Shown one piece after another: positions 7,792-16,645 of a stretch of DNA of 64,000 bases. Within the stretch, counting starts at the first letter, position 1. Every line of letters starts with the position of its first letter. The notes under the pieces were generated by a model that worked only from the letters and a program-made list of their open reading frames with translations, did no database searches and had not been told where the DNA came from. A program made the translations under genes and the position numbers. This stretch comes from Gammaproteobacteria bacterium (GTDB taxonomy: Bacteria; Pseudomonadota; Gammaproteobacteria; Steroidobacterales; SZUA-146), in NCBI GenBank assembly GCA_045107075.1, contig JBGCFV010000018.1, positions 15,139 through 79,138 on the forward strand. The letters run 5' to 3'.

Positions 7792-9096
7792 TCAAACATC
7801 GGCTGACTTCGCCTGTGGCAGTGATACGGTGACGGTCGTGCCAACACCTACGGTACTTTCGATGGATAAAGGCCAGGTAAAACGCTCGCATAGCCTCTTC
7901 ACAATCGTCAGACCGACTCCAAAGCCCCCGCGCTGTCTGTCGCGTTTGCCGCGATTAAACGGTTTGAATACCTGTTCAAGCTCATCCGGATCCATGCCGG
8001 GGCCGCTATCCTTAATGGTAACGCCGTCGCGAGAAACCGTTACGGTGACGGCTCCTTCGTCCGTGTAGTTAACCCCGTTGCGCAGCAAATTTCCGACGAC
8101 GCTGGACAGCACTTTTTCGGGAGCCTTGACGGTCATGTTTTCCTCAGAGACCTGAGAAATAGAAACTCGTTTTTCGCCGACCAGAATCTGGGCACGTTCT
8201 ATTTCGTTTTCAACGACCTCGTTCACGCTGATCCAGTCTGCAGGCAGCGACTGATTGGATTCTCGTGCCAGCAGTAAAAACGCCTCTGTCAGTTCTTCCA
8301 TATCCTTGGCGGCTTTTTGAATCCGTCCGAGAGTGCGGCGCTGACTGTCGTTCATGTTGTCGCTGCTACCGGCTAACGACTCAGACGCAATTTTAATGAC
8401 CGTTAGAGGCGAGCGTAGCTCGTGGCTTGCGTCGCGGGTAAAGTCGAATTCTCGTTTGACGAACTCGACCAGCCGCTGGGTGAGATCCTGCATGGCTGAG
8501 TTCAGAGTGTGGAATTCTTCGTCGGTATCGAGTGCGTTCATATTGTTCGAGGTGGCAAACAGTGCTACGTCGGGATTCGCTGGATCCAGTTGTTTGACAC
8601 GTTTGGACAAATCGACAATTGGAGACACCGCGCTTCGAGACACCCGGTAGGCTTGGAACAGCGCCATGTACACACCGGCCAAAACGGTGGCCAAGGGTAC
8701 AATACCGAACCATCTGATCAGCCAACCGACCTGAACCGTGTTAAAGACCTGGTAGAGTCGCTCGCCGTTACGTTCCGTAACCAAAGCCAGCGCTTTTCTG
8801 GGTTCTTCAATTCGATTAAAGCCGGGCTCCATGCCGACAAGATAGACTGGGACTTCGCCGTGACCGTCGCGATACGAGATCATGTTGCGCGTTTCCGGTA
8901 GGGTGTGGTCCTGGTTTTTGGCAGCGCGATCCCAGTAAAAGTCGGCTTCGCCTTTGAGCGCCTGCTTGATTAAAATGTCTTCGACAACAACCGTAACGGC
9001 TGCAAGGCCAACCACTACAGCGACACTAATGTAAACCGCTTGTAATAAAAACGCCTTGCCAAGCCGTCTGCCTACACCTTGTTGTTTACTGCTCAT
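7792..9096 (-). CDS. Sensor histidine kinase (OmpR-partner type)
   Basis: Two TM helices, H-box SHELRSPLT, N-box LLRNGVNY, G-boxes DSGPGMD and GGFGVGLTIVK. Overlaps the upstream response-regulator stop by 11 nt. Confidence 0.9.
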   Translation of the reverse strand: MSSKQQGVGRRLGKAFLLQAVYISVAVVVGLAAVTVVVEDILIKQALKGEADFYWDRAAKNQDHTLPETRNMISYRDGHGEVPVYLVGMEPGFNRIEEPRKALALVTERNGERLYQVFNTVQVGWLIRWFGIVPLATVLAGVYMALFQAYRVSRSAVSPIVDLSKRVKQLDPANPDVALFATSNNMNALDTDEEFHTLNSAMQDLTQRLVEFVKREFDFTRDASHELRSPLTVIKIASESLAGSSDNMNDSQRRTLGRIQKAAKDMEELTEAFLLLARESNQSLPADWISVNEVVENEIERAQILVGEKRVSISQVSEENMTVKAPEKVLSSVVGNLLRNGVNYTDEGAVTVTVSRDGVTIKDSGPGMDPDELEQVFKPFNRGKRDRQRGGFGVGLTIVKRLCERFTWPLSIESTVGVGTTVTVSLPQAKSADV

Positions 9097-9781
9097 CCAG
9101 TTTCACCAGTCGGTATCCAGACCCGGCAATGGTGTGCAGAAGAGGTGTGTCGAAAGGTCTGTCAATTATCTTTCGAAGGTTATACAGGTGGCTGCGTAGC
9201 GCGTCGCTGTCCGGCACAATGTCTCCCCAAACCGAACGCTCCAGTTCTCGACGGCTGACAACTTTCGGAGAGGCTTTGATTAGCGTCATGAGTAGTTTCA
9301 GACCAATAGGGGTCAGGCTAAGGCGTTGGCCCGCGCGAACTACTTCCAAAGTGCCGGTATCAATTCGAAGGTCGGCCACTTCCAGCGTCTCATTAACGAT
9401 CTGACCGCTGGCGCGACGAATAATGGCGCGAAGGCGCGCTTCAAGCTCCGCTGACTCGAACGGCTTGACGAGGTAATCGTCGGCGCCTGCATCCAGTCCG
9501 GCAATTTTGTCTTCAAGCGTGTCACGTGCGGTGAGCATCAACACTGGCGTGCTCTTTGCAGCTTCGTCACGAAGCTTGCGACACAGCTCTATACCGTCCA
9601 TGCCGGGTAACATCAGGTCGAGAATGATCGCGTCGAACTCGTTACTTACGGCGAGATGAAGGCCAGTAACACCGTCGGCGGCGTAGTCAATAATGTAGCC
9701 GCGGTCTTCAAAGTAGTCGCAGACCATCGCCGCAATATCCGGGTGGTCTTCAATCAGCAGTAGCGAAATGTTTTCTTGCAT
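9086..9781 (-). CDS. OmpR/PhoB-family response regulator
   Basis: Receiver domain (LLIEDHPDI.., ILDLMLPGMDG, KP) plus a winged-helix C-terminus (GSGYRL). I chose the start at MQENIS (ATG 9781). Confidence 0.9.
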   Translation of the reverse strand: MQENISLLLIEDHPDIAAMVCDYFEDRGYIIDYAADGVTGLHLAVSNEFDAIILDLMLPGMDGIELCRKLRDEAAKSTPVLMLTARDTLEDKIAGLDAGADDYLVKPFESAELEARLRAIIRRASGQIVNETLEVADLRIDTGTLEVVRAGQRLSLTPIGLKLLMTLIKASPKVVSRRELERSVWGDIVPDSDALRSHLYNLRKIIDRPFDTPLLHTIAGSGYRLVKLDEQ

Positions 9782-10106
9782 GGTGCATATTCCAGGGCCG
9801 GATGTCCGAGCCGTCAGTGAGTGAAGCACTGTATTGGGAATGTGCTTCCGGGGCGAAACGATTTTAGCATTCTCTCGAGGCGGTAACGACCGTTGCGAAG
9901 CGTGCCGTTGTAATTTGCGGCCAAAGATCAAGGACTAACAGTGAAACGAATGTGAAGCACTGCGGATAGAACGACAATAGTGACGCCGCAGTTAAAATGG
10001 TTTTACGGGATCTCTTAACCGAAGAGCAGAAGCTCAACGCACCGTCAATTCTGCTATCCTAGCGCTGACATAATCAGACATTACCTGTCTTGACAAGGAT
10101 TCTAAA

Positions 10107-10331
10107 ATGCCGGATTTCTCAACTCAGACTTGGACCTACATCGTTATCGGGGTTCTTGTCTTGTTCACTCTAGGGATTTTCGCCAGAGTTCGAAATCTCA
10201 TGCGGATCAGCAAGGAGATTGAGTCCAAGTTGGACTATTCCAAGATGAAAAAGTGGGAAGACGAGGACGACGACTGGGGCAAGCCCGAAAGCTTTCTTGT
10301 GGACAAACAGCGCGACAACTCAAAGTCGTGA
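10107..10331 (+). CDS. Small single-pass membrane protein with acidic tail
   Basis: 74 aa with AAGGA 8 nt upstream of the ATG. One TM helix (WTYIVIGVLVLFTLGIF), then KKWEDEDDDWGKPE. Confidence 0.5.
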   Translation: MPDFSTQTWTYIVIGVLVLFTLGIFARVRNLMRISKEIESKLDYSKMKKWEDEDDDWGKPESFLVDKQRDNSKS

Positions 10332-10408
10332 GCTGTGCTTCGCTGCAGTCGTTTGGCGGTGGGCGTTTTACAGAATGCGCCAGCACCAAAAGTGTCTGTG
10401 AAAGGTGA

Positions 10409-10648
10409 CTAAAACTCGTACCAGACGGTCTGCCACCACTCCAGAAATTCGTCAAATTCAATCAAGCCATCCGTGTTTTCGTCGACCAGCTCGAAACCGT
10501 TAATAGCCTGTGCCTCAGTGGTTTCAGGCGAGATGGTTTTGATCAGTTCAATAAACTCTTTGACGTCGATGAAGCCGTTGCCATCACGGTCGAAAAAACT
10601 AAAATTCTGACGGGTTTCTTCGATTTTTTCTGGACTAAGTTGCTGCAT
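10409..10648 (-). CDS. Two-EF-hand calcium-binding protein
   Basis: Two canonical 12-residue loops, DRDGNGFIDVKE and DENTDGLIEFDE. Confidence 0.8.
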   Translation of the reverse strand: MQQLSPEKIEETRQNFSFFDRDGNGFIDVKEFIELIKTISPETTEAQAINGFELVDENTDGLIEFDEFLEWWQTVWYEF

Positions 10649-10829
10649 GTTTTTTCCGCGTTTTTAATAATGTCGAAAGTGTAACTGATGCGTGTTTGCC
10701 CTTCCAGTGAGTGTCAATCTACCTCTTGCTATGTAGTCCAGAGTATCGGCGCGGAAGGTTGAAAATTTCTACTAATTTGATAAATTTCCGCACATTATGT
10801 GATGTCGTGCCAACAGAAAGGTAAGCCCA

Positions 10830-11765
10830 ATGATCGAAACAAGACAGCTGACCAAGCACTATGGACCGATACGCGCCGTTGACGGTGTCAGTTTCTCGGT
10901 TGGCTCTGGCGAAGTGCTGGGGTTTTTGGGTCCTAACGGGGCCGGTAAGTCCACCACGATGAAAATGTTGGCCGGATTTGTCGAGCCTACCTCAGGTCAG
11001 GCGCTTGTGTTCGACCAGGATGTGACTAGCCATCCTATCGAGTGCAAGCGACAAATTGGGTATCTGCCGGAAGGTGCACCAAGCTACGGTGAAATGACTC
11101 CCCATCAGTTTCTCAAATTCATAGGCAACGTTCGGGGCATGACCCCCCGTGATTGTGAGCAGCGAATTGACGCCGTGGTGGCGCAGCTACACCTCGAGCG
11201 TGTGCTTCACCAGTCGATCGAAACGCTTTCGAAAGGTTTCAAGCGTCGGGTGGGGCTGGCACAGGCTATTTTGCATGATCCCCGAATTCTGGTGCTCGAT
11301 GAGCCAACCGACGGACTGGACCCCAATCAAAAACACGAGGTACGCCAGCTTATTCAGGCGATGTCCGCTGATAAAATCATCATAGTTTCGACCCATATTC
11401 TGGAAGAGGTGTCTGCCGTGTGTTCCCGTGCCATCATTATTGCTCGCGGCAAGATTCTGGCAGACGAAACGCCCGCCGATCTTCAGGCTCGAGCGCCGCA
11501 GCACAATCGTGTAGTGCTCACTGCACAAAATGAAAATGCCTCCGACAAATTAGTCGCTGCGTTAGAGAGTCTTCCAAGTGTCAGTAAAGTGAGCCGGGAT
11601 GCGAACCAGATAGTGGTAGACCCCACAAACGGAAAAAACCTGTTGGCCGAAATTTCACTCGTCGCACGTGAACGCAATGTGGTTCTGGACGGTATTCAAC
11701 TGCAGCCGGGACAGCTGGACGATGTTTTTCGTGCCATTACGCTAGGCACGGAGGAACGTTCATGA
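10830..11765 (+). CDS. ABC transporter ATP-binding protein (GldA-like)
   Basis: Walker A GPNGAGKST, signature LSKGFKRR, Walker B ILVLDEPT. Confidence 0.9.
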   Translation: MIETRQLTKHYGPIRAVDGVSFSVGSGEVLGFLGPNGAGKSTTMKMLAGFVEPTSGQALVFDQDVTSHPIECKRQIGYLPEGAPSYGEMTPHQFLKFIGNVRGMTPRDCEQRIDAVVAQLHLERVLHQSIETLSKGFKRRVGLAQAILHDPRILVLDEPTDGLDPNQKHEVRQLIQAMSADKIIIVSTHILEEVSAVCSRAIIIARGKILADETPADLQARAPQHNRVVLTAQNENASDKLVAALESLPSVSKVSRDANQIVVDPTNGKNLLAEISLVARERNVVLDGIQLQPGQLDDVFRAITLGTEERS

Positions 11766-12496
11766 ACGGTATGTTAGCCATTTTTAAGCGAGAATTACGC
11801 AGCTACTTTTCCACGCCGTTGGCCTACGTGTTTATTGTTATTTTCTTGCTCATGTCAGCGGTGTTTACGTTTTCGTTTGGCAATCTGTACGAGCGCGGAC
11901 AGGCCGATTTACTGCCGTTTTTCAGTTTCCATCCTTGGCTCTATTTGTTTTTAGTGCCGGCTTTATCTATGCGGCTTTGGGCAGAAGAGCGCAAGAGCGG
12001 CACGATTGAATTGCTCATGACTCTTCCTGTAACCATAGGTCAGGCCGTGGTTGGAAAGTTTCTGGCCGCGTGGGCGTTCGCAGCTATCGCGCTCGCGCTA
12101 ACCTTTCCAGTCTGGATTACCGTTAACTACCTCGGAGACCCAGACAACGGGGTGATTCTGGCGTCATACATAGGCAGTTTATTAATGAGCGGTGCCTTTC
12201 TAAGCGTCGGCGCTTGTCTGTCGGCGATAACCCGTAATCAGGTCATTGCTTTTGTGCTGACCGCTACGGCCTGTTTTTTTCTAGTCATCGCAGGCTTTCC
12301 GATGGTGCTCGACTTTGTCCGACTTTGGGCGCCGCAAATTGTTGTAGACACTATTTCCTCGATGAGTTTCTTGTCGCACTACTCGTCGATTATTAAAGGC
12401 GTTATCGATATCCGAGACATTGTTTACTACACACTTATGATTAGTTTCTGGCTTTACTGTAACGCCGTTATTCTTGATTTAAAAAAATCTGACTAA
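11762..12496 (+). CDS. ABC-2 type permease (GldF-like)
   Basis: 244 aa with 6 TM helices. ATGA overlap with the ATPase gene. Confidence 0.85.
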   Translation: MNGMLAIFKRELRSYFSTPLAYVFIVIFLLMSAVFTFSFGNLYERGQADLLPFFSFHPWLYLFLVPALSMRLWAEERKSGTIELLMTLPVTIGQAVVGKFLAAWAFAAIALALTFPVWITVNYLGDPDNGVILASYIGSLLMSGAFLSVGACLSAITRNQVIAFVLTATACFFLVIAGFPMVLDFVRLWAPQIVVDTISSMSFLSHYSSIIKGVIDIRDIVYYTLMISFWLYCNAVILDLKKSD

Positions 12497-12524
12497 GCAA
12501 CTAGCACACTTTGGGTATTTAGGT

Positions 12525-14369
12525 ATGAGTTCTACAAAAGAAAAACTCTGGAGCATTCCCGGGCTGTTTTTGCTAGCTGTGCTGCTGGTTCTTGCGGTGT
12601 TGGCCAGTAACACGCTGTTCAAAGGCATGCGCATCGACTTGACTGAAAACCAGCTCTATACCATGACACAGGGCACGCGCAACGTGCTGGCTAATATAGA
12701 AGAGCCGGTGTCGCTGTACTTCTACTTTTCCGATTCAGGTTCGGAGCAGCTTGGTCAGGTGAGAAGTTACGCCAAGCGCGTACTCGAATTACTCGAAGAG
12801 TACGAGCAAAACGCCAAAGGCAAAATCAAACTGCACGTTATTGACCCTCTGCCGTTTTCGGAAGAGGAGGACGAAGCGACTCGTGGTGGTGTGCTGGCCA
12901 ATCAGCTTTCAACCGGCGACACCATATACTTTGGTTTGGTCGCGACTAATACGCTTGACGACCAAAGTGTCATTCCGGTTTTTCAAAGTAGTAAGGAAGC
13001 CTTCCTCGAATACGATCTGACCAAACTAATTTACTCGCTGACTAACCCCAAGAAAACGGTCATTGGGTTGATGACGCCGCTGCCGGCGAGAGGCGGCCTC
13101 AATCCGGCAACCGGCCGCCCACTGCAGCCGTGGACCATCGTAGATCAGGTTGAGCAAATTTTTGAAGTACGTGAAGTTGCTGTAACCACTACTTCTATTG
13201 ACAGTGATATTGACGTGTTGATGATTGCTCATCCCAAAAACTTGAGCACCGATACGCTGTACGCCATTGACCAGTACATGCTGGGTGGCGGACGCGCGTT
13301 GATTTTTGTCGATCCTCACTCCGACTCCGACCTGCCACCGAACGACCCTAATAATCCGGCGGCGCAGTTTCAGAGTCGCAGTTCTACTTTGGCTCCGCTG
13401 TTTGCCGCTTGGGGTATCGACTACTCGGCCAATCACTTTGTTGCCGACAATCAGCTGGCCATCCGAGTGCGTGGGGCCACAGGCGAGGAAATTCGCCATA
13501 TTGGATTTTTGGGTATTACCGAAGACGGTTTGAGTGCCGACGACGTCGTCAGCGGCGGCCTTAACTCCGTTAATCTAGGCTACGCTGGCAGTCTGGATCT
13601 GGTTGACACATCACCTTTAACGATGGAGGCGCTTATTACCAGCAGCGCAGACTCTGGCCTTATGGACACGCAGAGCCTGTTGTTCTCGCAGGACCCGAAC
13701 GAACTGATGGATAACTTTCAAGCCGATGCGAAAGAGCATATTTTGTCTGCCCGATTTAGCGGCGAAGTGGTTTCCGGTTTCGCCGATCGAGCCGAATCTG
13801 AAGGTGGTTTACTCAGCGGCAACATTAATGCGGTCGTGGTCGCTGACACCGATTTTCTGCTCGATCTGTTTTGGGTGCGTGTTCAGAATATTTTGGGTCA
13901 GCGCTTGATGGATCCGTTTGCGAGCAACGGTGACTTTATTTTTAACGCGCTAGACAACCTCACGGGTAGCTCAGATCTCATTAGCATACGAGGAAGAGAA
14001 ACCTATGTGCGGCCGTTCAAGCGCGTCGAGGCATTGAAGATTCAGGCAGAAGAACGTTTTCGACAAACGGAAGACCGGCTGCAAGCTGAATTGGAAGCGG
14101 CCGAGCAACGCCTGTCAGCGCTGCAATCAGTTCGCACCGATCAGGGGTCTTTGATGATGACGCCAGAGCAGCAGGCTGAAATTGATAGCTTCTTCGAACA
14201 AAAAGCGCGTATCCGTAAAGACTTGCGGGACGTTCGACGCAACCTGGCGCGTGACATTGACGGGCTGGGAACGAGACTCAAAGTCGTTAATACGTTGTTA
14301 GTCCCGCTGCTGCTAACCGCCTTGGTACTATTTGGCTGGTGGCGTGGTCGCAGGAGAACACAAATATGA
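12525..14369 (+). CDS. GldG-like ABC transporter auxiliary protein
   Basis: 614 aa with N- and C-terminal TM anchors flanking a large exoplasmic domain and a C-terminal coiled coil. This is the architecture and position of GldG-family proteins. Confidence 0.75.
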   Translation: MSSTKEKLWSIPGLFLLAVLLVLAVLASNTLFKGMRIDLTENQLYTMTQGTRNVLANIEEPVSLYFYFSDSGSEQLGQVRSYAKRVLELLEEYEQNAKGKIKLHVIDPLPFSEEEDEATRGGVLANQLSTGDTIYFGLVATNTLDDQSVIPVFQSSKEAFLEYDLTKLIYSLTNPKKTVIGLMTPLPARGGLNPATGRPLQPWTIVDQVEQIFEVREVAVTTTSIDSDIDVLMIAHPKNLSTDTLYAIDQYMLGGGRALIFVDPHSDSDLPPNDPNNPAAQFQSRSSTLAPLFAAWGIDYSANHFVADNQLAIRVRGATGEEIRHIGFLGITEDGLSADDVVSGGLNSVNLGYAGSLDLVDTSPLTMEALITSSADSGLMDTQSLLFSQDPNELMDNFQADAKEHILSARFSGEVVSGFADRAESEGGLLSGNINAVVVADTDFLLDLFWVRVQNILGQRLMDPFASNGDFIFNALDNLTGSSDLISIRGRETYVRPFKRVEALKIQAEERFRQTEDRLQAELEAAEQRLSALQSVRTDQGSLMMTPEQQAEIDSFFEQKARIRKDLRDVRRNLARDIDGLGTRLKVVNTLLVPLLLTALVLFGWWRGRRRTQI

Positions 14370-15484
14370 AACCTTTACATGTAGTTATTTTGGCGCTGCT
14401 GGCCGTTGGGGCTGGCGCCGCGGTGTGGTTCTCCGGTCTGAGTAACGAGCCCGTTGAAGAAGCGGTGCAAAAACTGTTTCCAAATCTTGCCGACAATCTC
14501 GATGCCGTGACACAAGTGGTCGTGAGTGACGCGGCCGGCGCAAAAGTGACCCTCGACAAAAAAAACAGTGACTGGACGGTAAAAGAGAAAAAAAGATACT
14601 TCGCCAAGCGTAATCAGGTGGCCGAACTGGTGCTTGCTGTATCCGAAGCCCGCATTGTCGAACAAAAAACAGCGAATCCTGAATACTACGAACGACTTGG
14701 GGTGCGCGATATTAAAGAGCCTGATTCGAACGCTGTGTTGCTTACCCTGTCTTCCGCTACCGACACGTTTAGCGTTCTGCTGGGCAACGCTTCAGGGCGC
14801 ATGGGAGGTTCTACCTTTGTACGCAAACCGGATGAGGCGACTTCTTTGCTGGTTGCACCTGCGCTCAGTGCCATTACCGACGCCGACGCGTGGCTGGACA
14901 AAGCGATTGTCGATATTGCCGCGGACGACGTGCAGTCGGTAAAAATCACCAGTGGAGGCAAGGTGACTGAGGTGAGCAAAGAGGCAATCGTCGGTTCCGA
15001 CTTTAAACTGGTTGGGCGCAACGACGACGAACTTGACCAGTCTGCTGTGAGCGGACTAGGCGGCGGACTGGCAGGACTTACGTTTGAACGAGCGCTGCCG
15101 GGGGCAGCCTTTGCAGTTAACGACTACGAGCGCAAGACTGTAACCTACACGCTGTTTAGCGGCGTTGTCATTGACGTCACGCTCTTTTCCCGAGAGCCGA
15201 GTGAGCAAACAGAGTCAAGCGACAAACCACCGGCGCCGGCTCAATATTGGCTGAACGCCAGTGCCCGCTTTGATGAAGATCTCGCCCAGTCGTTTGTTCC
15301 GCAGCCTTCGGCCGTCGACGGTGCCGAACCAAAACGGTTCAGGTTAACCGCAGCCGATATGGCTGATCGCCGGGCTGAGGTTGAACAGTTTAACAAGACG
15401 CGTAGACCATGGGTTTACAAAATGTCTGCAGAGCGTTACTCCAGCATGAATCAGACTGACCTGAGTCTTGTCGCAACGCCCTGA
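14366..15484 (+). CDS. DUF4340-like exported protein
   Basis: Start MKPLHVVILALLAVGAGA (ATGA overlap with the GldG-like gene). This is the usual fourth gene of GldA/F/G-like clusters. Confidence 0.65.
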   Translation: MKPLHVVILALLAVGAGAAVWFSGLSNEPVEEAVQKLFPNLADNLDAVTQVVVSDAAGAKVTLDKKNSDWTVKEKKRYFAKRNQVAELVLAVSEARIVEQKTANPEYYERLGVRDIKEPDSNAVLLTLSSATDTFSVLLGNASGRMGGSTFVRKPDEATSLLVAPALSAITDADAWLDKAIVDIAADDVQSVKITSGGKVTEVSKEAIVGSDFKLVGRNDDELDQSAVSGLGGGLAGLTFERALPGAAFAVNDYERKTVTYTLFSGVVIDVTLFSREPSEQTESSDKPPAPAQYWLNASARFDEDLAQSFVPQPSAVDGAEPKRFRLTAADMADRRAEVEQFNKTRRPWVYKMSAERYSSMNQTDLSLVATP

Positions 15485-15577
15485 CCGGCGGCTTCGAGAA
15501 TGTGTGAGCGTGGTAAGCTTTCCGCATGTTAGGCAGAGCAAAAGTCAGGCCAAACATCTCGGCGTACAAAAGATATA

Positions 15578-16138
15578 TCAGGATGATTGACGCATAGCCG
15601 TCAGGCGCGCGTTGGATTCTTCGAACACGCGCTTGGTGTCTTCAACGCTGTAGGGTCTTTCTTCCAGCGTCTCCGGGTCCCATTCGCTGCGTGGCGTTTC
15701 GAAAAAGTCACCGCCGTAAACGTGTAGGGCACAGGTCAGTTTTTCCAAAGGGTTAGTCACACCGTGAATGATGGACTCGCCTAGCGGAGCGGCGTCACCG
15801 ACGTTAAGTTCTTTTACGCCAAACTGTCGAAGCGTGTCGTTGTCCCGACGATAAAACGTGTTTTCTTCCCGGCCGCCGTATAGGCCGATCACAGCCCACA
15901 TTTCATGATTATGCGGTTTCAATGACATGCCCGGACCCCAGCTGAGATTTAGCACCGTAAGGTCGTCTGAGTGGTACAAGGTCTGAATACCGGCGGTCGT
16001 CGGTTCTCCAAGTGATTGAATGATGTCGGACGGTGAGCTGACAGCGCTGCGAATAAGTTCAAGAACCGCCTGCTGAGCGTCTGATTCGCGCACAGCGAGT
16101 CGGCAGTCATCAAGAAATTGTTCGGTAGTAAAGGCCAT
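15578..16138 (-). CDS. Cupin-fold metalloprotein (cysteine-dioxygenase-like)
   Basis: HNHEMWAVIGLYGGRE.. and a later HVYGG suggest a double-stranded beta-helix metal site. I chose the start at MAFTTEQ. Confidence 0.6.
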   Translation of the reverse strand: MAFTTEQFLDDCRLAVRESDAQQAVLELIRSAVSSPSDIIQSLGEPTTAGIQTLYHSDDLTVLNLSWGPGMSLKPHNHEMWAVIGLYGGREENTFYRRDNDTLRQFGVKELNVGDAAPLGESIIHGVTNPLEKLTCALHVYGGDFFETPRSEWDPETLEERPYSVEDTKRVFEESNARLTAMRQSS

Positions 16139-16185
16139 TTTGCATCCTTTCTTTGTGGGGCTCGTTTTAGTCTTTCGAGCCGGGC

Positions 16186-16578
16186 TCAACGGTTTTTCTG
16201 GTGGGACTCGATTTCAGCCGCCGGATTTAACCACGACGCTTTTTCGCTGCACCATATCTCTTCTGCTACGTGCTCGTCGATCGCGTCGTCCAGAGTGCCG
16301 ACGGCGATGTTTAAGTAGGGTGTGTTGCCGTCTATGAATTGCAGCGTTGAACCGCACAGGCCACAAAACGTTCGAGTGACGTTCTTCGATGAGCGATAGC
16401 ACGACACCATGTCTTCGCCGCTTGTGAACCGGAAAGCCCTTTTGTCCGCTTGTGCATAGGTGCCAAAGGCAGCTCCGTGTGCCTTTTGACACTGAGTGCA
16501 ATGACAGTTACTCAGATTTCTTACGCGGGCAGAAATTTCGTACCTGACAGTGCCGCACAAACATGAGCCGTTTAACAT
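16186..16578 (-). CDS. GFA/CENP-V family zinc protein (glutathione-dependent formaldehyde-activating-like)
   Basis: CLCGTVRYE .. CHCTQCQKAHGAAF .. FCGLCGS cysteine pattern. Confidence 0.8.
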   Translation of the reverse strand: MLNGSCLCGTVRYEISARVRNLSNCHCTQCQKAHGAAFGTYAQADKRAFRFTSGEDMVSCYRSSKNVTRTFCGLCGSTLQFIDGNTPYLNIAVGTLDDAIDEHVAEEIWCSEKASWLNPAAEIESHQKNR

Positions 16579-16645
16579 TGAGTTCGTCCACCAAGTGAGT
16601 GTTCTACAGACTGGAAAATCGCAAACGCTTGTTAACGCCCTGCAA

